In this document: in pieces, positions 1-9,237 of the stretch
Position numbering within the stretch: the first letter of the stretch is position 1
Layout of the letters: the number at the start of each line of letters is the position of its first letter
Assembly (NCBI GenBank): GCA_903865435.1
Contig: CAIPJS010000072.1
Coordinates: 21,695-85,694, forward strand
Source of the DNA: an uncultured Bacteroidota bacterium
Lineage (GTDB): Bacteria; Bacteroidota; Bacteroidia; Chitinophagales; Chitinophagaceae
DNA length: 64,000 nucleotides
Reading direction: 5' to 3'
Notes under the pieces: model-generated
The model's database searches: none
Told to the model about the DNA's origin: nothing
Seen by the model: only the letters and a program-made list of their open reading frames with translations
Program-made: the position numbers and the translations under genes

Positions 1-1557
1 TCCCAAACATCTGGTTAATTGTATTCTTTGACTTTCACCTCCACTTAAACTATTGGCCAATCTTGACAAGGTTAAATAACCCAAGCCCACATCCATTAAA
101 GTTTGAATGCGTTGTTCTAATTCTATTAATAACCTTTTAGCAATTTGTTTTTCATGTTCTGATAATTTTAACTGTGTAAACCATACTTGTAAATCTTTTA
201 CAGGCATCGCACACAATTCTCCAATATGTTTCCCTCCAATTTTTACATACAAAGCTTCCTTGCGTACACGGTAACCTTCACAATCGGGACAATTGGTTCT
301 GCCACGATATCTACTCAACATTACCCTAAACTGTACTTTATATAAATGCGCTTTTACATCTTCAAAAAACGCATCAATACCTAAAGCTTTACCAAAGCCC
401 TTCCACAACTGAGTGGTTTGTGTTTTTGTTAATTTATTAATAGGTTGATGAATAGGGAAACCTACTTTGCCCGCTTCTTTCACAAACTGATCTTTCCACC
501 ATACTAATTTCTCTCCTTTCCATGGAGCAACCCCTCCATCATACACCGATAAATTTGGATTGGGAATGACCAGGTTTTCATCGATACCCAATACCTGACT
601 ATACCCTTCGCAGGTGGGGCATGCGCCGTAAGGATTATTGAATGAAAATAAATTAGGGCTGGGTTCATCAAAATCCATCCCATCCAAAGTGAACTTATTA
701 TTGAATGTTTTTAAAATGGTTTCATTTTGTTCCACCCATAAAATACCTTCTCCTTCATAGAATGCAGTGCCAATAGAATCGCTAATGCGGTGTATATCGT
801 CTTCGTCAAAGGCTTTCACTACCACACGGTCTATTAAAACATAAACATCATGCGCCTTAATAGTTTTCGTTATTTCTGCCTTAGTCATTGCAAGTGCATC
901 TTCAATTCTTAGAATACTTGATGCAGCTATTGAATTATTTGTTGCTTTGGTAGATTTTAAATTTTCAGATACCGCTGCTCTTAAATAAATTCTAGCAAAA
1001 CCTTTTTGTAATAAAATATTCAGCTCTTCTTTTATATCTCTTTTAGCTTGTTGTTTAAAGGGAACGATTAAAACCATCTTGTCTCCGGTTTTCCCTTTTT
1101 GAATAAATTCCAAAACATCCTGCACATCCTGCTTTTTTACTTCTAATCCACTAACAGGCGAATAGGTTTTTCCCACCCTTGCATAAAATACTCTTAAGTA
1201 ATCATAAATTTCGGTCATACTTCCCACCGTACTTCTCGGGGTGCGGGTTACCACTTTTTGCTCAATGGCAATAGCCGGACATAGGCCCTTGATATAATCT
1301 ACATCGGGCTTACCCATACGAGACATAAACTGCCTAGCATAGGACGATAAACTTTCGGCATAACGCCTTTGCCCCTCAGCAAATAGGGTATCGATGGTTA
1401 AAGAGGACTTTCCACTTCCAGATACCCCAGTAACTACAATAAATTGATTGCGCGGAAATTGAACCGTTACATTTTTTAAATTATGTACCCTTGCCCCTAC
1501 TACCTGTATGTCATTGTTTTCAAGCTGTCCCAATTTCACTTTTTTGCTGCTGGCCAT
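1..1557 (-). CDS. uvrA: Excinuclease ABC subunit A (UvrA), N-terminal 519 codons; the C-terminus lies beyond the left window edge
   Basis: Reverse-strand frame is open from the ATG at 1557 to position 1. It is absent from the supplied track because there is no stop in the window. My translation gives MASSKKVKLGQLENNDIQVVGARVHNLKNV, Walker A GVSGSGKSS, AEGQRRYAESLSSYARQF, and zinc-finger CPTCEG and CPDCEG motifs. Confidence 0.9.
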   Translation of the reverse strand, partial: MASSKKVKLGQLENNDIQVVGARVHNLKNVTVQFPRNQFIVVTGVSGSGKSSLTIDTLFAEGQRRYAESLSSYARQFMSRMGKPDVDYIKGLCPAIAIEQKVVTRTPRSTVGSMTEIYDYLRVFYARVGKTYSPVSGLEVKKQDVQDVLEFIQKGKTGDKMVLIVPFKQQAKRDIKEELNILLQKGFARIYLRAAVSENLKSTKATNNSIAASSILRIEDALAMTKAEITKTIKAHDVYVLIDRVVVKAFDEDDIHRISDSIGTAFYEGEGILWVEQNETILKTFNNKFTLDGMDFDEPSPNLFSFNNPYGACPTCEGYSQVLGIDENLVIPNPNLSVYDGGVAPWKGEKLVWWKDQFVKEAGKVGFPIHQPINKLTKTQTTQLWKGFGKALGIDAFFEDVKAHLYKVQFRVMLSRYRGRTNCPDCEGYRVRKEALYVKIGGKHIGELCAMPVKDLQVWFTQLKLSEHEKQIAKRLLIELEQRIQTLMDVGLGYLTLSRLANSLSGGESQRIQLTRCLG

Positions 1558-1728
1558 ATAGCAAAATAACAGATTCTAGTTCATTTAGTTGTAGAAATTT
1601 GTTCCTTCTTCAGAATTAATAATGTGGATAGCTTTTAAAAGATTTTCTTGTTTTCCACAAACGCAATTTCAGTCATTATAGCTAGTAATTTGGAGCTACT
1701 AACCCATCGAAACCTACCCAAAAAACAA

Positions 1729-2310
1729 ATGAACAAAGAAATTCAACTCTCCGACAACGAACTCATTCAGTCCTTTCAAGACGGCAATTCTAGAGCTTTT
1801 GACGCCTTATTAGAGCGCCACCAAAATAGAATTTACAATGCGATTTTTTTTATGGTCAAAGACAGCTACTTGGCCGAAGACCTTTTTCAAGAAATTTTGA
1901 TCAAAGTCATAGATAATTTAAAGCAAAAAAAATATGCCGAAGAAGGTAAATTTTTACCTTGGGCTTTACGCATTGCTCACAATTTTGTTGTGGACCATTT
2001 TAGAAAAGTAAAACGCACGCCTACAATCAAAACTAGCGACGATCAAGATTTGTTTGAAATCATCAAACATTCTGACCATCCTGCCGATTACAAAATGACC
2101 CGTGCGCAAACGCATAAGAACATTCAGGAACTGGTAGACCTTTTACCTGAAGAACAAAGAGAGATTATTGTATTAAGACATTATGCCAACCTTAGCTTTA
2201 AAGAAATTTCTCAAATGACCAATTGCAGCATCAACACCGCTTTAGGTAGAATGCGCTATGGTTTAATTAATTTAAGAAAGATGATGATCGAGCGCGGCAT
2301 GAGTCTATAA
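1729..2310 (+). CDS. ECF-type RNA polymerase sigma-70 family factor
   Basis: Track ORF 1648..2310 starts at TTG. The first ATG at 1729 (MNKEIQLSDNELIQSFQDGNSRAFDALLERHQNRIY) gives a typical ECF N-terminus. Region 2 is WALRIAHNFVVDHFRK and the region 4 HTH is EQREIIVLRHYANLSFKEISQMTNCSINTALGRMRYG. No anti-sigma gene follows. Confidence 0.85.
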   Translation: MNKEIQLSDNELIQSFQDGNSRAFDALLERHQNRIYNAIFFMVKDSYLAEDLFQEILIKVIDNLKQKKYAEEGKFLPWALRIAHNFVVDHFRKVKRTPTIKTSDDQDLFEIIKHSDHPADYKMTRAQTHKNIQELVDLLPEEQREIIVLRHYANLSFKEISQMTNCSINTALGRMRYGLINLRKMMIERGMSL

Positions 2311-2368
2311 ACAATTTGCTTTTAAAGAAATATAAAAGCAAATTCTTTATTTCTCTAATGATTTTATT

Positions 2369-2394
2369 AAAAAAGCTCCTATTGGAGCTTTTTT
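2369..2394. terminator. Bidirectional rho-independent terminator (aaaaaagctcc-tatt-ggagcttttt)
   Basis: 6-bp GC-containing stem agctcc/ggagct, flanked by an A-run upstream and a T-run downstream. It sits between convergent sigma-factor and dsbD genes. Confidence 0.7.
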
Positions 2395-2456
2395 AGATTT
2401 TATGTTCGTCTTTTATAAAATATAAAGACTACATAAATCTCTCTAATGATTTTATT

Positions 2457-2482
2457 AAAAAAGCTCCAATAGGAGCTTTTTT
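2457..2482. terminator. Second copy of the bidirectional terminator (aaaaaagctcc-aata-ggagctttttt)
   Basis: Same stem as 2369-2394, but the 4-nt loop is the reverse complement (aata versus tatt). Confidence 0.7.
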
Positions 2483-2522
2483 AAATATTTTATGTTCGTC
2501 TTTTATAAAATATAATAATACC

Positions 2523-4448
2523 TTATTTAGCCTTGCTTGCGCTGCATTGTAGCCAATTCAAATATGCTTTAGCATCGGGTGTATAACCCACTGGATTGGA
2601 TAGTATTTTTTGAGCTGGACCCATCACCACATACAAAGGTTGCGTTACTTGATTGAAATTTTCGGCTTGAAAAGTAGCCCATAAATCTCCAATACTATTG
2701 ATGTCCTTTGTCTGCCCTTGTGCATTGGTGTATTTAAATCTTTTTTCTACAGGAAGTAATTCCTTGTCATCTACATATAAGGAAACCAAAATAAAATGAT
2801 TTTGAATTTCTGCCATTACTTCTGGATCTGTCCAAACATTCTCTTCCATTTTACGGCAGTTGACACAAGCCCAACCCGTAAAATCTATTAAGATGGGTTT
2901 ATTCTGTTGTTTTGACATCGCAACTGCTTTTTCATAATCATTCACCACATTTGCATGTAATCCAGCTTGATCGCTTTTATTGGCAAATAAACTATAATGC
3001 GTTGGTGGTGGAAATCCGCTTAAGAATTTTAATAAATACGTGTTCTTTGGCGTCATGCCCACAATTAATACAAGACCAAACACCATAGCCAAGTCACCCA
3101 TTATTTTTCGTCCTCTTGAAATTTTTGCCCCTTTAATATCATGCGGTAATAATAAAAGTCCTCTTAAATAAAGCGCTAAGGCCATACTTATTACCGCCCA
3201 AATTCCTATAAATACTTCTCTTTTTAACAAGCCCCAATGTTGCACTAAATCGGCATTGGATAAAAATTTAAACGCCAAGGCCAATTCTAAAAAGGCCAAA
3301 ACTTTTTTTACGGTATCCAACCATCCACCAGATTTTGGTAAGGTATGCAACCATTGTGGGAATATAGCAAATAAGGTAAAAGGCAAGGCCAATGCAAAAC
3401 CAAAACCAGCCATGCCCGCTGTTAATGCCCAAGCACCTCCTTGTAGGGAACCTACCAATAAAGTACCTAATATGGGTCCTGTGCAAGAAAATGAAACAAT
3501 GGCTAAGGTAGTGGCCATAAAAAAGATACCCCCAAAACTTCCTAGTCCGCTTTTTGAATCGGCTTTATTGGCGATACCACTAGGTAGGGTAATTTCAAAA
3601 AAACCAAAAAAGGAAATAGAGAAAAATATAAAAATGATAAAAAAGATAAGATTTAACCAAGGATTGGTAGAGATGCTATTAAAAATTTCTGGTTGTACAT
3701 TGCCAATCACATGAAAAGGCACACTGGCCAATACATAAATTAGAAAAATGCTCACTCCATACAATAAACCATTTTGTATACCTTGCTTTCTGGTCTTGGA
3801 TCTTTTGGTAAAAAAAGAAACGGTTACTGGAATCATTGGAAATACACAAGGTGTAATGAGTGCAATCAACCCTCCTAAAAATCCAAGAAAAAATACTGCC
3901 CAACCACTTGACTTTTTAGTATCATGTGTCTCACCACCACAGGCATCAGCAGGCACTTTGGTGGCCCCTGTTGGCAATACTATTTGAAATCCTGCAGTCT
4001 TTTTTCCATTGGCCAATGCTACTGATACAGGAATTTCCAAGGCTAAAAATTGATCCCCTTTTGCAGCATTCAAAACAACAATTGTTTTTAAACTGTCTGG
4101 TTGAAAACCTTTGATGAATATGTTTTGCTCCACATCAAGTGTATGCAAATAAACATTGGCTTCTTTGAATAATACATCTCTTTGTTTAGAAGCTTTCATT
4201 GAATAAACAGGTGCACCTATAAATTGTACAGTTTCTAGCCCTGCTTTAAATTCAGGGGCATTTAACCCATCTGGATTGGCTGCATACACATGCCAGTTGT
4301 CTTGGATTTGAATACTTGCTTTTAAAGTATACGTGCTGTCATTTACCACCACTGCTTTTACATTTGCAGTAACAGGATTTTGTGCATGCAGATTGCTGAT
4401 CAATAAACTAGCAATAAATGCCACAAAAGAAGCAAGTACTTTATTCAA
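2523..4448 (-). CDS. dsbD: Thiol:disulfide interchange protein DsbD (membrane electron transporter with C-terminal thioredoxin domain)
   Basis: Has a signal peptide and an N-terminal DsbD-N-like region. The polytopic core carries conserved Cys in ITPCVFPMIP and SFSCTGPILG. The C-terminal thioredoxin fold has WACVNCRKME (CxxC). Starts at TTG; there is no nearby in-frame ATG. Confidence 0.85.
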   Translation of the reverse strand: MNKVLASFVAFIASLLISNLHAQNPVTANVKAVVVNDSTYTLKASIQIQDNWHVYAANPDGLNAPEFKAGLETVQFIGAPVYSMKASKQRDVLFKEANVYLHTLDVEQNIFIKGFQPDSLKTIVVLNAAKGDQFLALEIPVSVALANGKKTAGFQIVLPTGATKVPADACGGETHDTKKSSGWAVFFLGFLGGLIALITPCVFPMIPVTVSFFTKRSKTRKQGIQNGLLYGVSIFLIYVLASVPFHVIGNVQPEIFNSISTNPWLNLIFFIIFIFFSISFFGFFEITLPSGIANKADSKSGLGSFGGIFFMATTLAIVSFSCTGPILGTLLVGSLQGGAWALTAGMAGFGFALALPFTLFAIFPQWLHTLPKSGGWLDTVKKVLAFLELALAFKFLSNADLVQHWGLLKREVFIGIWAVISMALALYLRGLLLLPHDIKGAKISRGRKIMGDLAMVFGLVLIVGMTPKNTYLLKFLSGFPPPTHYSLFANKSDQAGLHANVVNDYEKAVAMSKQQNKPILIDFTGWACVNCRKMEENVWTDPEVMAEIQNHFILVSLYVDDKELLPVEKRFKYTNAQGQTKDINSIGDLWATFQAENFNQVTQPLYVVMGPAQKILSNPVGYTPDAKAYLNWLQCSASKAK

Positions 4449-4475
4449 AATATTTTTATTTAAAATTAGAGGAGA

Positions 4476-4925
4476 TTATTGCAAAGCAATTTCAAAAGCT
4501 ATTTTAGCAGGTGGCAAACATCTATCATCATTACATACTCCATATTCCACTTCACCTACAATTTTTGTTTTGCTTGCTACTTTTAAATTTACCAATTGAG
4601 TAAACTGTACATTATTGCTAAAGTAAGCAATGTCTGTATTAAAGTTTTTATCAAATTTTTTTTCGATTTTACCAAGTTCCTTAGCTGGGCCTTTAATTTG
4701 TACCAAAGGATTTGCTTTGTAAGTGATGGTAGTTGGAATAGGACCGTCTTTAACAAACTGGGAGTATATATGCCACGGGGCTTCTATAGCTGCACTTATT
4801 TTAATTTCGTATTGTTTTTCCGATTTTTTTACCGCCTCAAAGGTCCACTTTACAGGATTTAATTTTTGCGCACCTGCTACAAAGACCATTAAAACACTGC
4901 AAAACAAAATCATTCCTTTTTTCAT
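4476..4925 (-). CDS. Stand-alone secreted DsbD-alpha (DsbD N-terminal domain)-like protein
   Basis: Signal peptide MKKGMILFCSVLMVFVAGAQ, APWHIYSQ, and a C-terminal EYGVCNDDRCLPP Cys pair resembling the redox-active pair of the DsbD alpha domain. It ends 27 nt upstream of dsbD on the same strand. Confidence 0.7.
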   Translation of the reverse strand: MKKGMILFCSVLMVFVAGAQKLNPVKWTFEAVKKSEKQYEIKISAAIEAPWHIYSQFVKDGPIPTTITYKANPLVQIKGPAKELGKIEKKFDKNFNTDIAYFSNNVQFTQLVNLKVASKTKIVGEVEYGVCNDDRCLPPAKIAFEIALQ

Positions 4926-4929
4926 ATTC

Positions 4930-5592
4930 TTATTTTTTTAAACCCAAAATTTCAAAAACTTTTTTCCCATCAATATTGCTCAAAGCATCTGAAGTAGCTC
5001 TTTCAGGGTGAGGCATCATGCCAAATACATTGCGTTGATCATTGCAAATTCCTGCAATGTCCATCGTTGATCCATTGGGATTGGCCTCACCACCCACTTG
5101 ACCTTTTTCATCGCAATAACGAAATAATATTTGATTGTTTTTTTCTAAATGTGTCAAAGTTGTGGCATCTGCATAATACCTTCCTTCGCCATGTGCAATG
5201 GGAATTTTTAATGCATCACTCTTATCTGTTTTTATAAATACATTTTTACAAACAAATTGCTGATTGGCATTTTGCAATAAGGCGCCTGGCAATAAGCCAC
5301 TTTCACACAAAATTTGAAAGCCATTGCATACACCCAAAACCTTGCCGCCTTTATTGGCAAATTCAATCACCGATTGCATCATGGGACTAAACTTGGCAAT
5401 GGCACCGCAACGTAAGTAATCTCCGTATGAAAATCCACCAGGAAGTACAATACAATCCTCGGTCGTAAAATGAGACAAATCGCTGTCCTTATGCCATAAC
5501 ATTTCGACAGGATAGCCCAAATCTTTTTCTAAAGCATCTTGCATATCTCTATCGCAATTGGATCCAGGGAAAACTAAAACGCCAAATTTCAT
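4930..5592 (-). CDS. purQ: Phosphoribosylformylglycinamidine synthase subunit PurQ (glutaminase)
   Basis: Class I amidotransferase signature GVCNGFQIL (Cys) and MPHPER (His/Glu), with the [17 protein letters not shown]-terminus. Length is 220 aa. Confidence 0.9.
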   Translation of the reverse strand: MKFGVLVFPGSNCDRDMQDALEKDLGYPVEMLWHKDSDLSHFTTEDCIVLPGGFSYGDYLRCGAIAKFSPMMQSVIEFANKGGKVLGVCNGFQILCESGLLPGALLQNANQQFVCKNVFIKTDKSDALKIPIAHGEGRYYADATTLTHLEKNNQILFRYCDEKGQVGGEANPNGSTMDIAGICNDQRNVFGMMPHPERATSDALSNIDGKKVFEILGLKK

Positions 5593-5675
5593 AGTTCTAT
5601 ATTTAACTATTAGGGTATTAAATTGAATGCCAAAGTTACCAAAACTTGGCTTTATAGATTTGTTAAATTCTTCAC

Positions 5676-6647
5676 CTAACTAAGGTGGTTATACACAATA
5701 ACTGCCATAGCCGACCAAAACAGCAAATTAGGCAAATAAAGCCTTTTAGGCGTCCCGTAACCAAAACTAATAAAGCAGGCCAAAGGGGTAATGACAATAG
5801 CTGAGGTGTATAAAGCTTGAACCGAAAATAGAATGGGCTGAAATAAGGTTAATAGCAAAACCAAGAGTAGTACCCCCCAGTATTTTCTTACTTGTATGAT
5901 AAATCTGGATTGTTCCTGCTGCCAATAAAAAAAACCAGCAATTAATTGCACCCCCATTACCAATAAAGATAAAATCACATTTAATTCGGGCTTTACCAAT
6001 GGGTTTTTCCAGTCCAATTTTGGTAAGAAATGTCTAAAATCTGCAAGCTGACCCCATAAAAAAACATAAGTAAAAATAAAATAGAAGGGCATTAGAATAC
6101 CCATAATTAATACTAGCCATTCGGAAAATTTAAAGGGTCTGATGATGATTAAAGCAAACAAAACCACAGGTATTAAAATAGCAATAGGCTCATACAATAG
6201 AATAGACAAACCAACAATCAATCCAATATTAAACTCTAAAGTTTTGGGCTGATTTTGATCGTACAATCTTAATAATTTCACCAAAATCCAAATGACCAAA
6301 GAATTGGCCACCAAACCAGAACTTATCACATCCCAATAGGGAAACAATCCCGTTAAAATAATATAAGTTAATGCAGGCAAATAACTTATTTGCTGAAACA
6401 TTTTAAACTTACTCAATAAAATATTTAGCCGAATGGCCTGACTTAAAATAATTAATTGAAAAAGTACAATTAGCGCAATGGATGGCAATGGTTTCACAAA
6501 ATGAATTAGCAGATAAGCCAAGAAACCATCAGACTCATTGGCTATTACCAAAGGTGGGTGCAACCATACGTGAAAATGCAATCCCAAACTTAAGAGCACT
6601 AAAAAAATTAAATTGATATCCGACCTATCCTTGAATAAAAAAACCAC
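5676..6647 (-). CDS. Polytopic integral membrane protein of unknown function
   Basis: 323-aa ORF made almost entirely of hydrophobic helices. It has a GTG start 6 nt after the upstream stop. I recognise no catalytic motif. Confidence 0.6.
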   Translation of the reverse strand: MVFLFKDRSDINLIFLVLLSLGLHFHVWLHPPLVIANESDGFLAYLLIHFVKPLPSIALIVLFQLIILSQAIRLNILLSKFKMFQQISYLPALTYIILTGLFPYWDVISSGLVANSLVIWILVKLLRLYDQNQPKTLEFNIGLIVGLSILLYEPIAILIPVVLFALIIIRPFKFSEWLVLIMGILMPFYFIFTYVFLWGQLADFRHFLPKLDWKNPLVKPELNVILSLLVMGVQLIAGFFYWQQEQSRFIIQVRKYWGVLLLVLLLTLFQPILFSVQALYTSAIVITPLACFISFGYGTPKRLYLPNLLFWSAMAVIVYNHLS

Positions 6648-6653
6648 AATGAA

Positions 6654-8222
6654 TTATTTAAATTTAATTTTCGCAAACCCAATTCTACTTTTATATTGAT
6701 AAGGTAAAATGGCTTCTTGATTGCCCACTTGCTTTAGCATTTTAGGCATCCAATCGTAGTTTTTTTCATTCAACACCAAAGCATTGCCTTTAACCAATTG
6801 TCCATTTTTAGTTAATGTATTAATTACCAACTGATGCATTCCTTTTTGTTTTTGATGGTAAACAAAAGTAGTTCCATCTTCATTATCAATGGTTCCAAAT
6901 CCAATAAACTGATCTACATTTTGATCGGATTGTTTTTTGTCGATGGTTTTAATAGATTGCAAGTTTCCTTTTTTATCAAAAGAAAGTAAGGCAATAGAAT
7001 TGGCATCATAAGTGACACTTGGATAACCAAAAGAGGCATAAGGATTCATCCATCTATTGTACATAAATGGGCTGCTCCACCCAAATCTAGCCCATGGATA
7101 AAAACCAAATGGCCTATTCCAATAATTGAACATAAACGGACTGTAAAAGGCACCACCATAATAATAATCCCATCTTGAAAAAGCACTTCTATTAGAATAA
7201 GACTCAGCCGCCTCTGCCACAGCAACAAAACTTCCATCTGCTTGAGTGCTTATATTGGATAAATAAAATAAATCAAAAGCATCTTTCAAATTTCTTTTTC
7301 TCGATACTACGGATCTTGCTGCATCTGTAAAACGACTTGAATTACTAGATACTTCTTTTCTTAGATTGATGTCCCATACATAAGAAAACAAACCTTCTAT
7401 ATTTCCTTTTTTAGAAGTGGCATAAAAAGAATTTAAAATAACTTGCCCGTTCTTATTGTCAATTTTTAATCGGATATCGTCTAGTAGTAAACTATAATTT
7501 ACAACAGGCGATTCCATCACTTCTTTACCTGATGCTGCTAAATACAATAAGCTTACAGCTGGAGCTTGATTTGCCTGTGTTACATTTCTTAAACAAAATA
7601 AATTCCCATTATTGTCTAATGCAAAATCGGACAAACTACTTTTTTTATTTTGCGCGTTGATGCTAATTTCTCCTTGGTTCGTTATTTCAAAATTGGTATT
7701 GAGTACGACCGTTCTTACTTTGATTGAATTGGCGTGGGTGGTATTGACACTAAACAAGACCATTTTTTGACGATCGTCACTTTGCAATAAATTAAAAACT
7801 TTAGCGCCTTGTCCTGGTCGAATGCCATTGGCTGTGTCAACGACGGTAGGCTTGCCTATCAAATTTCCATCGCTATTTAAAGTTGCAACAGCTGCATATA
7901 CTGTGGTGTTGTTTTGAAATTGATAAAAAACAAAAACTCTATCTGGGTAAGTTACAAACTCAATTCCGCTCAAATTAGTGGTTTTTACAAATGCCAAATC
8001 ATTTTGCTTAACAATTTGCATTTGATCATTGTATTGTACAATAGTTGCAATGCCATCAATATTTTTATAAATCCAATAATGATTGCCTACTTTTCCAAGC
8101 ACTTCATATTGCATTTCCTCTTTATCGGTTTTTTCAATATTGGCTATGGTATAGGATTGCGCTATACAAAATTGCAATCCAAAAAATAGGCAAATAGCTA
8201 AACTAAAAAGATGCTTTTTCAT
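6654..8222 (-). CDS. Secreted protein of unknown function with an aromatic-rich internal segment
   Basis: 522-aa ORF with signal peptide MKKHLFSLAICLFFGLQFCIAQ. Composition is beta-rich and repetitive. Residues about 348-401 are extremely rich in Tyr/Phe/Trp. Confidence 0.6.
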   Translation of the reverse strand: MKKHLFSLAICLFFGLQFCIAQSYTIANIEKTDKEEMQYEVLGKVGNHYWIYKNIDGIATIVQYNDQMQIVKQNDLAFVKTTNLSGIEFVTYPDRVFVFYQFQNNTTVYAAVATLNSDGNLIGKPTVVDTANGIRPGQGAKVFNLLQSDDRQKMVLFSVNTTHANSIKVRTVVLNTNFEITNQGEISINAQNKKSSLSDFALDNNGNLFCLRNVTQANQAPAVSLLYLAASGKEVMESPVVNYSLLLDDIRLKIDNKNGQVILNSFYATSKKGNIEGLFSYVWDINLRKEVSSNSSRFTDAARSVVSRKRNLKDAFDLFYLSNISTQADGSFVAVAEAAESYSNRSAFSRWDYYYGGAFYSPFMFNYWNRPFGFYPWARFGWSSPFMYNRWMNPYASFGYPSVTYDANSIALLSFDKKGNLQSIKTIDKKQSDQNVDQFIGFGTIDNEDGTTFVYHQKQKGMHQLVINTLTKNGQLVKGNALVLNEKNYDWMPKMLKQVGNQEAILPYQYKSRIGFAKIKFK

Positions 8223-8239
8223 AAGAAAAATTTTATATA

Positions 8240-8247
8240 CAAATTTA
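8240..8247 (-). promoter_or_regulatory. Candidate Bacteroidota -7 promoter box TAAATTTG for the 6654..8222 gene
   Basis: Matches TAnnTTTG on the minus strand, 18 nt upstream of the ATG at 8222. I found no clear -33 TTTG. Confidence 0.3.
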
Positions 8248-8307
8248 ACGCTTTAATTACATCATTTAGTTGCTCTAAAAATATTAACGGTGCTTTAAGA
8301 ATTTGGA

Positions 8308-9210
8308 TTAAGCCTCCTTCAAACTTACTTCCTGCCCGGATATGGCTAGCTTGTATACCTGCCCCTGCTTAATAGCAAAATTAGAAAGGCTATGACTAAT
8401 CGGAAAATCGAAACAAATAGGGTAAGTATATCCTAAAATATGCTCTTTTATAATTTCATAAGCGCTGGCTCCAAAATCAGAAGACGGGTCTTTTAAATCG
8501 GTAAAACCTCCTATCACCAAGCCGGCTAAATGATCAAACAGCCCTGCATTTTTACACTGTATGAGTAACCTATCAATATTATAATGATACTCACCCACAT
8601 CTTCTAAAAACAAAATTTTTCCATTGGTATCAATAGCATTTTTGGAACCTATTAAATGTGCTAACATGCATAAATTACCGCCCACCATTTCAGCTTTTGC
8701 AACACCTAAACCATTCATGGAATTTGCTGAAATTGTATAAGCAGTTGGCTGTCCTTCTAACACTTGTTTTAAGGATTGTATATAAGGCTCACCCGCTTCC
8801 CCCTTAGCAAAAGCCGCCGCCATGGGGCCATGTATACTCATACAATTTTGCTGTAAAATGGCCGCATGTAAAACAGTGATATCGCTAAAGCCAATCACCC
8901 ATTTAGGCTGTTCATTAAAACAATTAAAATTAATCCTATTAATTATTCTGCTTGCCCCATAACCACCCCTAGCGCAGAGTATGGCCTTTATAGAACTATC
9001 GTCTAGCATTGTTTGTAGGTCTTCTGCCCTTTGCTGGTCCGTACCCGAAAAGCTATCCTTTTTTTCCCCAACGGTAGTTCCCAACTTTACCTTATAGCCC
9101 CATTTTTCAAGGGTTTGAATGCAAACTTGCACTTTTTCCAAAGGGATGTATCCCGATGGACATACTATGCTAATGGTATCGCCCTGCCTAAGATGAGACG
9201 GTTGAATCAT
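8308..9210 (-). CDS. ldcA: LD-carboxypeptidase (peptidase S66, muramoyltetrapeptide carboxypeptidase-like)
   Basis: Motifs CARGGYGA, GFSDITVLH (Ser nucleophile), FLEDVGE and FPISH. Length is 300 aa. Confidence 0.8.
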   Translation of the reverse strand: MIQPSHLRQGDTISIVCPSGYIPLEKVQVCIQTLEKWGYKVKLGTTVGEKKDSFSGTDQQRAEDLQTMLDDSSIKAILCARGGYGASRIINRINFNCFNEQPKWVIGFSDITVLHAAILQQNCMSIHGPMAAAFAKGEAGEPYIQSLKQVLEGQPTAYTISANSMNGLGVAKAEMVGGNLCMLAHLIGSKNAIDTNGKILFLEDVGEYHYNIDRLLIQCKNAGLFDHLAGLVIGGFTDLKDPSSDFGASAYEIIKEHILGYTYPICFDFPISHSLSNFAIKQGQVYKLAISGQEVSLKEA

Positions 9211-9232
9211 ACCACAATATTAAGTACTTTTG
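9202..9232 (+). promoter_or_regulatory. Candidate metG promoter: -33 (G)TTG, 20-nt spacer, -7 TACTTTTG; the box ends 5 nt before the ATG
   Basis: TTG at 9202-9204 and TACTTTTG at 9225-9232, with the ATG at 9238. The -33 element lies inside the divergent ldcA coding sequence. Confidence 0.4.
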
Positions 9233-9237
9233 CAGCA

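Larger units (their letters stand above)
2313..2515 (-). repeat. Tandem array (period 88 bp) of terminator / TCATTAGAG-box / AT-hairpin modules, oriented on the minus strand downstream of dsbD
   Basis: The box (ctctaatga on the plus strand) lies at 2353-2361 and 2441-2449. AT hairpins lie at 2313-2345 (apex diverged), 2408-2429 (gtcttt/aaagac stem, apex atattttata on minus) and 2488-2512 (apex kept, stem lost). Near-identical 73-75 nt units span 2353-2425 and 2441-2515. Confidence 0.85.

Noticed and set aside
2313-2515. CRISPR-like interpretation of the tandem intergenic units (also 11533-11632 and 14296-14464)
   Set aside because: The units are 55-92 bp with only two or three copies. The whole unit is repeated rather than a constant repeat alternating with unique spacers. 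There are no cas genes in the window.
3256-3714. 152-aa plus-strand ORF, plus other 60-90 aa ORFs at 3268-4599, inside dsbD
   Set aside because: They lie entirely antisense to or overlapping a well-supported dsbD reading frame. Their composition is low-complexity, Lys/Pro-rich or hydrophobic, typical of the mirror frame of a membrane protein.
9031-9237. Upstream extensions proposed by the ORF track. These are metG from 9031, fabF from 43215, acpP from 43535, nuoK from 59643, the OMP from 46460, the ABC exporter from 27947, nuoG from 62863, and the sigma factor from 1648.
   Set aside because: These extensions begin at non-ATG codons or add residues that overlap the neighbouring gene or a hairpin. 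In each case an internal ATG gives the canonical family N-terminus or a signal peptide.
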